Origin: a bacterium
GTDB lineage: Bacteria; Acidobacteriota; Blastocatellia; HR10
Direction: 5' to 3'
Assembly (NCBI GenBank): GCA_041640655.1
Contig: JBEPZV010000066.1
Coordinates: 1-11,704, forward strand
DNA length: 11,704 nt
Shown here piece after piece: positions 1 to 8,406 of this stretch. Every line of letters starts with the position of its first letter. Positions within the stretch are counted from its first letter, which is position 1. The position numbers and the translations under genes were made by a program. The notes beneath the pieces are model-generated. The model had not been told where the DNA came from. It saw only the letters and a list, made by a program, of their open reading frames with translations, and did no database searches.

Positions 1-1124
1 TGGTGCAGGCGCTGCTGGCGTCGGGGAACGAGACCTTCTATCGCGAGGAGGCCGGACGCCGGTTCTACTTCGATCCGGCGGACGCGAGATATCGCGAGGA
101 GGAGCAGCCTCCCGGCCTCGTGCTCCTCTCCACCCTGAAGGCGCAACATCGTCTCATCCGCTCCAATCCGGGAGCGAGCCTCATTGATCTCGGCGATGGC
201 GTCGCGTGCGTGGAATTCCACTCGAAGATGAACACCATCGGCGCAGATACGGTACAGATGCTGCAATATGCGCTCGAGCGCCTCGCCGAAGGGGAATTCG
301 AGGGATTGGTCATCGGGAATCAGGGCGAGCATTTCTCGGCCGGAGCGAACCTGATGCTCCTGTTGCTCGCGGCTGAGGAGGAAGAGTGGGACGAGCTGGA
401 TCTGATGATCCGCGCGTTTCAGCGAACGAACCTGGCGCTGAAGTATGCGGCGCGTCCGGTTGTCGTCGCCCCGTTCGGCCTGACGCTCGGCGGAGGGTGC
501 GAGATCACGCTCCATGCGCCGAAGGTGCGCGCCGCGGCCGAGACCTACATCGGATTGGTCGAGACGAGCGTCGGATTGATCCCGGCTGGCGGAGGGACGA
601 AGGAGATGCTCCTGCGAATGCTCGAGCGCGCGCCGCGGGGAGACGCGGTGGATCTCTTCCCCTATGTCCGACAGGCGTTTGAGACGATCGCCCTGGCGAA
701 GGTCTCCGGCAGTGCGCACGAAGCGAAGCGAATGGGTCTGCTGCGTCCGAGCGATGCCATCACGATGAATCGCGATCGGCTCATCGCCGATGCAAAGGCG
801 ACGGTGCTGGCGCTCGCGCGCGAGGGGTATGAGCGCCTCGCTCCCCCCGCAGAGATCCCCGTGCTCGGCGAACCGGGGCTGGCGGCGCTCAAACTCGGCA
901 TCCACTTGGCGTGGCGCGCCGGACAGATCACCGAGTACGATGCGCACATCGGGCGGAAGCTCGCCTGGGTGCTCTGCGGCGGCGATCTGCGAACGCCGCG
1001 CGCGGTGACCGAAGACTATCTGCTCGATCTGGAGCGCGAGGCCTTCCTCTCGCTGCTGGGCGAGCCCAAGACGCGCGAGCGCATCCGCCACATGCTCACC
1101 GAAGGGAAACCGCTCCGGAATTGA
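1..1124 (+). CDS. fadN: 3-hydroxyacyl-CoA dehydrogenase/enoyl-CoA hydratase (FadN/YusL type), C-terminal crotonase part; 5' end outside window
   Basis: Open frame from the window edge to TGA at 1122-1124. Crotonase motifs FSAGANL, GGGCE and ETSVGLIPAGGG; C-terminus LLDLEREAFLSL...GKPLRN typical of FadN; directly upstream of thiolase and acyl-CoA dehydrogenase. Confidence 0.93.
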   Translation, partial: VQALLASGNETFYREEAGRRFYFDPADARYREEEQPPGLVLLSTLKAQHRLIRSNPGASLIDLGDGVACVEFHSKMNTIGADTVQMLQYALERLAEGEFEGLVIGNQGEHFSAGANLMLLLLAAEEEEWDELDLMIRAFQRTNLALKYAARPVVVAPFGLTLGGGCEITLHAPKVRAAAETYIGLVETSVGLIPAGGGTKEMLLRMLERAPRGDAVDLFPYVRQAFETIALAKVSGSAHEAKRMGLLRPSDAITMNRDRLIADAKATVLALAREGYERLAPPAEIPVLGEPGLAALKLGIHLAWRAGQITEYDAHIGRKLAWVLCGGDLRTPRAVTEDYLLDLEREAFLSLLGEPKTRERIRHMLTEGKPLRN

Positions 1125-1163
1125 GGCGAGCGATCGAACGTCCGTTACGCGAAGGAGGAAGAC

Positions 1164-2348
1164 ATGATGCGCGAAGCGGTGATCGTCGCAGCGGTGCGAA
1201 CAGCCGTCGGAAAGGCGCCCAAGGGAACGCTGCGCCACATGCGTCCGGACGACATGGCGGCCGTCGTGCTGGCCGAAGCCGTGCGCCGCGTCCCCGGACT
1301 GCATCCGGAGGAGATTGACGACATCATCCTCGGATGCGCCATGCCCGAAGGGGAACAGGGCATGAACGTCGCGCGCATCGCCGCCTTGCGCGCCGGCTTC
1401 CCCTATACGGTGCCGGCCATGACGGTGAACCGATTCTGCTCCTCGGGCCTGCAAACGATCGCGCTGGCGACGGAGCGGATCGCCGCGGGATTCGCCGAGG
1501 TGATCCTGGCCGGAGGGACGGAATCCATGTCGCTCGTCCCCATGGGGGGGTATAAGATCGCGCCCAATCCTTACCTCATCGAGCATTACCCAGACGCTTA
1601 TCTGAGCATGGGCCTGACGGCCGAGAACCTCGTCCGCAAATACGGCATCTCGCGCGAGGAACAGGATCGCTTCGCGCTGCGCAGCCATGAGCGCGCCATT
1701 GCGGCCATTGATGCTGGGAAGTTCCGAGATGAGATCGTCCCGCTGCGCGTCCCCATCGAGGAGATGGACGAACGCGGCCGCCCGCGCGTGCGGGAGATCC
1801 TCTTCGATACGGATGAGGGGCCGCGCCGCGATACCTCGTTGGAGGCATTGGCGAAACTGAAGCCGGTCTTTCACGTTGAAGGCACGATCACAGCCGGCAA
1901 CTCCTCGCAGATGAGCGATGGGGCGGCAGCCGTCGTCGTCATGTCGCGCGAGAAGGCGGAGGCTCTCGGCGTCCGGCCTCTGGGGCGACTCATCGCCTAC
2001 GCCGTCGCCGGCGTCCCTCCGGAGGAGATGGGTATCGGGCCGGTCGCCGCGATCCCCAAAGCGCTGCGCATGGCGGGACTGAGCCTGGACGATGTGGACC
2101 TGATCGAGTTGAACGAAGCCTTCGCGGCTCAAGCTCTGGCCGTCATCAAGCTCCTGGAGCTGGACGTGAATAAGATCAACGTCAACGGCGGAGCGATCGC
2201 CCTCGGCCATCCGCTCGGGTGCACGGGAGCGAAGCTGACCGCGACCCTGCTCTACGAGATGCGACGCCGAGGCGCCCGCTACGGCATGGTCACCATGTGC
2301 ATCGGCGGCGGCATGGGCGCGGCTGGGATCTTCGAGCGCCTACAATGA
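1164..2348 (+). CDS. fadA: Acetyl-CoA C-acyltransferase (3-ketoacyl-CoA thiolase)
   Basis: Thiolase motifs NRFCSSG (catalytic Cys), NEAF, GHPLG and CIGGGMG. Shine-Dalgarno AAGGAGG at 1152-1158; start is ATG 1164 or 1167. Confidence 0.96.
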   Translation: MMREAVIVAAVRTAVGKAPKGTLRHMRPDDMAAVVLAEAVRRVPGLHPEEIDDIILGCAMPEGEQGMNVARIAALRAGFPYTVPAMTVNRFCSSGLQTIALATERIAAGFAEVILAGGTESMSLVPMGGYKIAPNPYLIEHYPDAYLSMGLTAENLVRKYGISREEQDRFALRSHERAIAAIDAGKFRDEIVPLRVPIEEMDERGRPRVREILFDTDEGPRRDTSLEALAKLKPVFHVEGTITAGNSSQMSDGAAAVVVMSREKAEALGVRPLGRLIAYAVAGVPPEEMGIGPVAAIPKALRMAGLSLDDVDLIELNEAFAAQALAVIKLLELDVNKINVNGGAIALGHPLGCTGAKLTATLLYEMRRRGARYGMVTMCIGGGMGAAGIFERLQ

Positions 2349-2377
2349 GCGCATAACGGCGAAGGAGGAGACACGCT

Positions 2378-4162
2378 ATGACGAGACCTGAAGACGAGCG
2401 GATCAAAGGCGGCAGTTTCCTGATTCGTGAGGCCTCGCCCGATGAGGTCTTCACACCGGAAGATTTCACCAACGAGCACCGGATGATCGCGCGCACGGCC
2501 GAAGAGTTCATGGAGCGCGAGGTCGTGCCCCAGGCCGAGCGAATCGAGCATCAGGATTTGGAGCTGATGGTCGAGCTGCTGCGGCGCGCGGCCGAGGTGG
2601 GGTTGCTCGCGGCCGAGATCCCCGAACGTTACGGCGGATTGGGCCTGGATAAGGTGAGCGCGATGATCATCTCCGAGAAGCTCGCGGCCAACAGCTCCTT
2701 CGCCGTCTCTCACGGCGGGCATACGGGGATCGGCACGGCGCCCATCGTCCTCTTCGGCACGGTGGAGCAGAAGCGGAAATATCTCCCCAAGCTCGCCAGC
2801 GGCGAATGGCTCTCGGCCTATGCCCTCACCGAGCCCGAAGCCGGATCGGACGCGCTGGCCGGCAAGACGCGCGCCGATCTCGCCCCCGATGGCCGCCACT
2901 ATCTGCTGAACGGCTCGAAGATGTGGATCACTAATGCCGGATTCGCCCACATCTTCATCACCTTCGCCAAGGTCAACGGCGAACATTTCTCCTGTTTCAT
3001 CGTCCATCGGGATACGCCGGGGCTGACCATCGGCCCGGAGGAGAAGAAGATGGGCATCAAGGGCTCCTCGACACGAGCCCTTCTGTTCGAGAACGCGCGC
3101 GTGCCTGCCGAGAATCTGCTCGGCGAGATCGGCAAAGGGCATAAGATCGCCTTCAATGTCTTGAACCTCGGCCGACTTCGGCTGGGCGCCAGTTGCGTGG
3201 GGGGATGCAAGATCGGTCTGACGGCGGCTCTTCAATACGCGAAGCAGCGTCGCCAGTTCGGTCGCCCCATCTGCGAATTCGGTCTGATCAAGCATAAGCT
3301 CTCGGAGATGGCCATCCGAACCTGGGTGGCCGAGAGCGCCGTCTATCGCACGGCGGGCCTCATTGACGCTGCGCTCTCAGGGCTCGACGAAGATGACCAA
3401 CCGGCGCGCATGCAAGCCGTCGAGGAATACGCCATCGAGTGCGCGATCAATAAAGTCGTCGGGAGCGAGTTCGCCGATTACGTCGCCGATGAGGCCGTCC
3501 AGATCTTCGGCGGGAACGGCTACAGCGCGGAATACCCCGTCGAGCGCTACTACCGCGATGCGCGCATCAATCGCATCTTCGAGGGGACGAACGAGATCAA
3601 TCGTCTGCTCATCACGGGGATGCTCTTGCGGCGGGCCCTCTCAGGCCATTTGCCACTTCTGCCGGCCATCCAGCGGACGATGCAAGACGTGCTCGCCCCA
3701 TCGGCACCCGAGCTCGACAGCGAAAGCCCGCTAGAGCGCGAACGACGTCTGGTCGCTCAGGCGAAGAAGATCGCACTCTTGGTCGCTGGAGCCGCCGCGC
3801 AGAAATATCGCGAGCGCTTGACCGAGGAACAAGAGATCGTCGGCGCCATCAGCGACATGGTCATCGAGATCTTCCTCATGGAGAGCGCCCTGCTGCGCGT
3901 CCTGAAGCTGAGCGCGCGGCGCGGTCCGGAGTCATGCGCCGTGCAGCAGGACATCGCCCGCACGTACATTCACGACGCGATGGGGCGGATCGAGTTGCTC
4001 GCCCGTCAGGCCGTGAGCGCGCTCGCCGAAGGCGATGAGCTGCGCCTGCAGTTGGCGGCCCTGCGTCGCCTGTCCAAGTTCACCCCGATGAACACAATCG
4101 CCGCTCGACGCCGTATCGCCGACGCGCTCATCCAAGCCGGACGGTATATGTTGAGCGAGTGA
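2378..4162 (+). CDS. fadE: Acyl-CoA dehydrogenase, long (~590 aa) FadE/YusJ type
   Basis: YALTEPEAGSD, NGSKMWITN, KMGIKGSST, RRQFG, QIFGGNGY, IFEGTNEI (catalytic Glu); N-terminal KGGSFLI...FTPEDF and C-terminal extension as in YusJ-like enzymes. SD AAGGAGG at 2362-2368. Confidence 0.95.
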   Translation: MTRPEDERIKGGSFLIREASPDEVFTPEDFTNEHRMIARTAEEFMEREVVPQAERIEHQDLELMVELLRRAAEVGLLAAEIPERYGGLGLDKVSAMIISEKLAANSSFAVSHGGHTGIGTAPIVLFGTVEQKRKYLPKLASGEWLSAYALTEPEAGSDALAGKTRADLAPDGRHYLLNGSKMWITNAGFAHIFITFAKVNGEHFSCFIVHRDTPGLTIGPEEKKMGIKGSSTRALLFENARVPAENLLGEIGKGHKIAFNVLNLGRLRLGASCVGGCKIGLTAALQYAKQRRQFGRPICEFGLIKHKLSEMAIRTWVAESAVYRTAGLIDAALSGLDEDDQPARMQAVEEYAIECAINKVVGSEFADYVADEAVQIFGGNGYSAEYPVERYYRDARINRIFEGTNEINRLLITGMLLRRALSGHLPLLPAIQRTMQDVLAPSAPELDSESPLERERRLVAQAKKIALLVAGAAAQKYRERLTEEQEIVGAISDMVIEIFLMESALLRVLKLSARRGPESCAVQQDIARTYIHDAMGRIELLARQAVSALAEGDELRLQLAALRRLSKFTPMNTIAARRRIADALIQAGRYMLSE

Positions 4163-4316
4163 ATCGCCCTGCCGTCTGGCATCCTCAACGTGAGGGTCGT
4201 CCCACCCGTCCATGAGGCGCGGAACGCTGATGGTTCGCCCCCTTGCACGGAATCCTCGGTGGTTTCGCGCTCCGGGCGATTATACGGACTGGGGCTCATC
4301 GCCTTTAAGGGGGAAT

Positions 4317-4392
4317 TGGCTCCTCAGGGAGGACTCGAACCTCCAACCCGCCGGTTAACAGCCGGCCGCTCTGCCAATTGAGCTACTGAGGA
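4317..4392 (-). tRNA. tRNA-Asn (anticodon GTT), 76 nt, CCA encoded
   Basis: Reverse complement TCCTCAGTAGCTCAATTGGCAGAGCGGCCGGCTGTTAACCGGCGGGTTGGAGGTTCGAGTCCTCCCTGAGGAGCCA: acceptor stem TCCTCAG/CTGAGGA, anticodon arm GCCGG-CTGTTAA-CCGGC, T-loop TTCGAGT, discriminator G plus CCA. Confidence 0.98.
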
Positions 4393-4406
4393 GCACTGCG
4401 GGTAGT

Positions 4407-4436
4407 AGCGTAGCAAAACGAGCGCGCTTTTGTCAA
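4407..4436 (-). promoter_or_regulatory. Sigma70-type promoter of tRNA-Asn
   Basis: Minus strand: perfect TTGACA (4431-4436), 18-nt spacer, TACGCT (4407-4412) preceded by TGn (extended -10), 14 nt upstream of the tRNA 5' end. Confidence 0.75.
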
Positions 4437-4590
4437 CAGCCATCTCTCATCAGGATTGCCGGCTCAACCCCGCAGCGGTGTCCCGGAGAGCTCAGCCACT
4501 TATGCAAAAGCCTGATCGAGGCGCCAGGCATGATCCCCGGCGCGGAGAGCCGCAGCAGAGCGCTATGGGCAAGACTCTCCCCGATCCACC

Positions 4591-5622
4591 TCACCGCAAA
4601 GCGGCCTTGAGGACTTCCGTCTTCGTCTCCCTCCCGGTCGTGATGTGCCTCACGAAGTAGAGGAATCCATCGCGCCCAACCGCCTGCAAACTCCCCCAAT
4701 CATCCCCCACCGGGATCGGACGAACGCGCGCTCCATCTGGCGAAAGAAGATACAGCATATAGGTGAACGGGCGATGAAGGACCCACGATCCTCCCTTCAG
4801 CTCGCGCTTCTGCAACCGGCTCTCCTGCGCCACGACGGCCAGAAGGAGGTCGCCACCAATGAAGGCGAAGTGATCCACCTCCACCTTCCGACGGCCCCTC
4901 CCCGATCGCTCCACCTGCGCCTTGAGCTCCCCTAAGCTCAGGTCCTGCTCGTCCCACCTTCCTGCCTCCAGGGAGAATCGCTGAAGCCGCAAGGCCTCCG
5001 GATCGAGCCAAAACAGGTCCTGACCTCGGACGATCAGCCGCTGAGCCCGCGAGATCACACGCCCGATCCCCTCCGACTGATCGTTCGGAATCGTGGCCAA
5101 CACCCGCCCATCAGCCCCGATCCGATAAATCCACATGCGGGCTTCGGAAGCCTCGGCTTGTCCAGATGCCCTCGCACCGACCAGGAACACTTCTCCCCCC
5201 TCTGCCGGTTCTACGGCCCGGGCGATGAATTCGGGCACGTCGAAAGAACGACGCAGACGCCCTTCGGCATCGAAGATGAGCCCGCGCGTGACCAACCTGC
5301 CCGGCGTATCCGAGGCCCCACCGATGACCACCAACTCGCCGCTGGGAGCGATGCGAAAATCTATGAACCCCAGCAGTCGCTGCTCTCCGGGCCGCAACTC
5401 GAACACACGCTGGCCATCCGGCCGAAGCTTCACGATCGCCCTCGGAGAGCCCCAATAGAGCATCCCCGCGCGGTCAACCTCCAGATAGAAGAGACGGAAG
5501 CTCTCGGCAAGCACCCTCCGCTCAATGACCACCAGCTCCTGAGGAGAAGCGTGTGGCCACGCCTGACCCCCGAACATCGCGAGGATCACCAGCACATGCC
5601 TCGCTGCGCTTTTGCCCGACAT
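4591..5622 (-). CDS. Secreted hypothetical protein, probable beta-propeller (NHL/6-bladed-like)
   Basis: ATG 5622 preceded by GGAGG (5628-5632). Signal-peptide-like N-terminus (KSAARHVLVILAMFGGQAWPHAS). Recurring blade-like motifs: EVDRAGMLYW, KLRPDGQRV, IAPSGELVV, IFDAEGRL, RIGADGRVL, LLSPDG, VGRDGFLYF. Confidence 0.72.
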   Translation of the reverse strand: MSGKSAARHVLVILAMFGGQAWPHASPQELVVIERRVLAESFRLFYLEVDRAGMLYWGSPRAIVKLRPDGQRVFELRPGEQRLLGFIDFRIAPSGELVVIGGASDTPGRLVTRGLIFDAEGRLRRSFDVPEFIARAVEPAEGGEVFLVGARASGQAEASEARMWIYRIGADGRVLATIPNDQSEGIGRVISRAQRLIVRGQDLFWLDPEALRLQRFSLEAGRWDEQDLSLGELKAQVERSGRGRRKVEVDHFAFIGGDLLLAVVAQESRLQKRELKGGSWVLHRPFTYMLYLLSPDGARVRPIPVGDDWGSLQAVGRDGFLYFVRHITTGRETKTEVLKAALR

Positions 5623-6041
5623 AATCGCCTCCGACAATATCCCCCACCGAAGACCGACCCTCTGTCAGGATCGGCCCCGGAGGGCAAGCAATGTCGCGGT
5701 CATCTTCAGCCCATAATTCTCGGACGATGTTACTCTCCGCACAGAAGAGTGAAGCACAAAGATAAAGATTTTGCCAACATTGTCTACTCCCGAAGGGTAA
5801 GATTACCTCACAAAAGTAATTCGTGCACCGAACCTCCACACACGTTTACTCTCCATCTCTGGGTGGACAACATAAAGTATCTTGCGAGCGTCGTATATCC
5901 GCAGCCTCCTTGAAGCGCCGCCGATCTGGAAGAAGAAAGAGCCCGTGAAGCTGTCGCCGACGGACCCCACGCAATAGATGAAGCTACCAGGACCATCCCG
6001 ATGGCCGCGCCGCGTCGGAGAAACTCTCGCGTCAGGCGCAT
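5522..6041 (-). pseudogene. Small secreted Cys-rich peptide precursor, apparently frameshifted near 5837-5847 (77-aa ORF 5808-6041 plus Cys-rich continuation in another frame)
   Basis: Strong SD GAGGAGG (6050-6056) and ATG 6041. Signal peptide nearly identical to that of the ORF at 10969-11704. After QGG-CG the frame stops at 5808, but a second frame open from 5845 reads TCVEVRCTNYFC...QC...LC...FC...IACPPGP. Confidence 0.55.
5956..6006. repeat. Direct repeat copy 1 (signal-peptide-coding segment); copy 2 at 11654-11704
   Basis: Exact blocks gccgacggaccccac (5956-5970 = 11654-11668) and ccaggaccatcccgatggcc (5987-6006 = 11685-11704), same offset of 5698 nt. Confidence 0.9.
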
Positions 6042-6164
6042 GGCATCAACCTCCTCACGGTCGTTTCACACCACCTTGATGGCCCCAAGTCTACTGTCTG
6101 TCTGTCCAGCCCGTTTCTCACGGGCGGCGGGGGCCGACATGAGGACGGGCCCGACGCGCGCGAC

Positions 6165-6181
6165 CGCAAGGCGTGTTCCAA
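6165..6181 (-). promoter_or_regulatory. Putative sigma54 (RpoN) -24/-12 promoter
   Basis: Minus strand TTGGAACACGCCTTGCG against consensus YTGGCACGNNNNTTGCW; exact GG-N10-GC spacing; intergenic, about 125 nt upstream of ATG 6041, correct orientation. Confidence 0.55.
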
Positions 6182-6470
6182 GCCCCAGTGAACCTCCCCC
6201 CGCTCGCCTATCCGCGCGGGCTTTGGAGAACGCTCCGAGCTTGGCGAATCCAGAGACTTGCGCTACGATTGCCCAGCCTGTCGCACAGGCACTCTCGAAA
6301 CCTGATCTGTGGGGAACAACGCTTGAAACTCGTGGCCGCTTCTCAGGGCGTCTAGGGATCCTGAATCTGCTCGGTGGCGTCTTCGCCGATCGGCGAGCCG
6401 ATACTCCACATGCGTGAGTGCTTCAAGAGGCGATCTCCTCGATGACCCTCCCGGAGAACGGGAGAGCTCC

Positions 6471-7598
6471 TCATCCGCGACGAGCTCGCTCTGACGATCC
6501 AAAGACACGCTGAGACGCAGCGGCCTCAGAGTCGTCCTCAGGGCGAAGGGCACTTGCTGGGGAATGCCCCGCACGAATGTACCCCTGGCGATACCGCAGC
6601 TCCACATCTTTATATCTCTTCTTCGCCTGCGGCGAGAGCTCAACTTTGATCCGGCGAAGCCGCCCACCGCCGGTGATGTCTGTCGGTTCATAGCCCAGCA
6701 CATACCGCCCTCGGAGATCCTCAATCAATCGAGCGACTGCATCCACCTTCGGCGGCTCCCCCGGCTTGGCAGCCCCCATCCTCCCGCCCGTGATTTCCAC
6801 CAACTCGTCCATCCCAAACCCTTTAAAGAGAGGACGCCCCATCACCCCCCAAATGAACCGAACATAAAAGCGGCTGGTAACAACCCCAAACACCACGATG
6901 TCGCTTTCATAGAGTCGCTCCAGCACCTTCTGCCTGAGCTCTTGCCTCCTCTGCTCACTCATCCTGGGGTCTCCTTCGCCGAGGTTAAACGTGAACACGA
7001 GGAGGGCTCGACGACGCCCTCGTTCACTCGCGTGCAGCATATAGGTCACCGCCTCATAAATCGAGGTCCACAACAGACTATAATGAACATAGTACTCTCC
7101 CCAACATTTCTCCGACTGGTAAAGCTCCCAGCTCCTCTCCTTCGACGCCAGATCCTCCAAGATGTCCAGAATCGCCTCTTTTCGCGTGGTGAACTTTTGG
7201 ACCAGACAGGGGCCCCCCTGAAAGATCATCATCGCCACTTCGTCCTCCGGCCTCAGACGATCCAGGATCACACGAGCGGCACGAGCAACGTTTTCAAAGA
7301 ACCGAGCTTCCACCAGCAAGAGTAGCGACAGGGGGAGATCATCTTGACCGAAAAAGACGATCTTCTGCGGGATGCCTTCGTCGAACAAAACGAAGTCTTC
7401 CTTCCGTAGCCCAGCGACCGGTAAGCCCGTCTTTTTCGCCGTCACGGCAACGGGAACGAGAACGAGATCGGCTTTGAGATGCACGGGCGTTTCTTGAGCC
7501 ATACCACTTCGAGAGATCGGCCAGGCTCGCGAGAGGAGAAACGTCAGAATAATGGCGAGTAACCTCAGCCCTCGTGTCGGGCACGCCTTGATCACCAC
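6471..7598 (-). CDS. VWA domain protein, acidobacterial VWFA-related type, secreted, degenerate MIDAS
   Basis: Signal-like N-terminus; DLVLVPVAVT...G.PVAGLRKEDFVLFDEG.PQKI..F, PLSLLLLV, RRRALLVFT, ITGG, DLRGRYVLGYEP, RRIKVEL, RYRQGY match this family. SD GGAGGT at 7601-7606; GTG start at 7598 or 7595. Confidence 0.88.
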   Translation of the reverse strand: MVIKACPTRGLRLLAIILTFLLSRAWPISRSGMAQETPVHLKADLVLVPVAVTAKKTGLPVAGLRKEDFVLFDEGIPQKIVFFGQDDLPLSLLLLVEARFFENVARAARVILDRLRPEDEVAMMIFQGGPCLVQKFTTRKEAILDILEDLASKERSWELYQSEKCWGEYYVHYSLLWTSIYEAVTYMLHASERGRRRALLVFTFNLGEGDPRMSEQRRQELRQKVLERLYESDIVVFGVVTSRFYVRFIWGVMGRPLFKGFGMDELVEITGGRMGAAKPGEPPKVDAVARLIEDLRGRYVLGYEPTDITGGGRLRRIKVELSPQAKKRYKDVELRYRQGYIRAGHSPASALRPEDDSEAAASQRVFGSSERARRG

Positions 7599-7653
7599 CC
7601 ACCTCCCTGATGGATCAGATCAATCATTGTGAAAGGCTACAGGGACAGAGTGC

Positions 7654-7683
7654 CATGCGCAAGTGAGATTGGGCTTGCGCATG
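7654..7683. repeat. Perfect 10-bp inverted repeat with 10-nt spacer (hairpin or operator)
   Basis: CATGCGCAAG-tgagattggg-CTTGCGCATG between the 7726-8403 ORF and the VWA gene; no U-tract on either side. Confidence 0.6.
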
Positions 7684-7725
7684 ACGGGGCTTCCCTGAGC
7701 ACGTCTAAGTCACCCCCTCACCCGA

Positions 7726-8403
7726 TTAGAATAGCACACAGACAAACCGCTCTATGGCGGCCATCGTGATACAGGCGATCTCCGGAATTGTCGAGAGCGG
7801 GCCACACTCACCTTGTACAGTTCTCCAAAAACAGGCCGTGCAACTAACGTCATGACCGCAGTTCGATCCTCCCTGAGCAGATGGCAGAGCTCGTCCCCCC
7901 CAATAAGCGACGCTCACGGCCCGATTCCGCGTGATGATCCCAGAAGTGACTGTGCTGGATAAGGCGGATGGCCAACCTGGCGAGAAGAATCCACCGAGCA
8001 TCCTAAGCGCCACCAAAGCCGAACTTTGCTTCACCTCTTCGTACGGAACCGTCGCTATGAGAGAGCGAAGTGTGAAGAGAATCTCAGAGGCGGTGGAAGA
8101 TCTCACCTGCTCAACGAACGGCCGGTAGCCCGTTCTGATCCGCAGCGCGATATCGAGCTGCCGAGCCAGAGGAATGAGCCGGGCGTCGTCCGCGCCACTT
8201 GCGGCCAGACTTTTCAAGTCGTCTATCAACGATCGCGCTTTTTTGTCCAAGACGAAATGGAACTCGAGTCGGTCAAGCGATAACGTGATTCGAGGGTCTC
8301 TGTCTGTCCCTTGACCTGCTTCTGCTCGGAGGCCAACTCTCATCCGGCTTCGCGACTCGACGATCTGAACATCCATCAGCTCCGGGCAGGGAGAACCCCG
8401 CAT
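7726..8403 (-). CDS. Hypothetical protein with C-terminal six-Cys peptide after QGG; no signal peptide, possibly 5'-truncated
   Basis: 225-aa ORF filling the gap between ABC ATPase and VWA gene, co-oriented. Ends SAQGG-SNCGHDVSCTACFWRTVQGECGPLSTIPEIACITMAAIERFVCVLF. Start uncertain (8403 or 8376), no good SD. Confidence 0.65.
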   Translation of the reverse strand: MRGSPCPELMDVQIVESRSRMRVGLRAEAGQGTDRDPRITLSLDRLEFHFVLDKKARSLIDDLKSLAASGADDARLIPLARQLDIALRIRTGYRPFVEQVRSSTASEILFTLRSLIATVPYEEVKQSSALVALRMLGGFFSPGWPSALSSTVTSGIITRNRAVSVAYWGGRALPSAQGGSNCGHDVSCTACFWRTVQGECGPLSTIPEIACITMAAIERFVCVLF

Positions 8404-8406
8404 CCC

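Noticed and set aside
2279..3295. 338-aa minus-strand ORF
   Set aside because: Antisense shadow of fadE, typical of high-GC coding DNA; no recognisable motifs.
4162..4316. Possible ncRNA, MITE or terminator between fadE and the tRNA (AATCGCCC 4162-4169 / GGGCGATT 4274-4281; GGCGAT/ATCGCC stem 4275-4303)
   Set aside because: Stems are only 6-8 bp in GC-rich DNA, with no U-tract and no recognisable RNA family; an Infernal/Rfam search would be needed.
4317..4392. tRNA-Asn as integration site for the accessory region
   Set aside because: The accessory genes lie on the tRNA 5' side; I saw no duplicated tRNA 3' end, integrase or transposase in the window.
5158..5913. 251-aa plus-strand ORF
   Set aside because: Antisense to the beta-propeller gene and precursor remnant; Pro/Arg/His-rich shadow composition.
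6007..6041. Tat signal in MRLTREFLRRGAA
   Set aside because: TREFL lacks the twin arginine and LRRGAA fits the S/T-R-R-x-F-L-K consensus poorly; Sec export is the simpler reading, though Tat is not excluded.
6001..6417. 138-aa plus-strand ORF and (CTGT)3 at 6094-6105
   Set aside because: Low-complexity translation over a likely regulatory region; the microsatellite is too short to be meaningful.
6564..7325. 253-aa plus-strand ORF
   Set aside because: Antisense shadow of the well-supported VWA gene.
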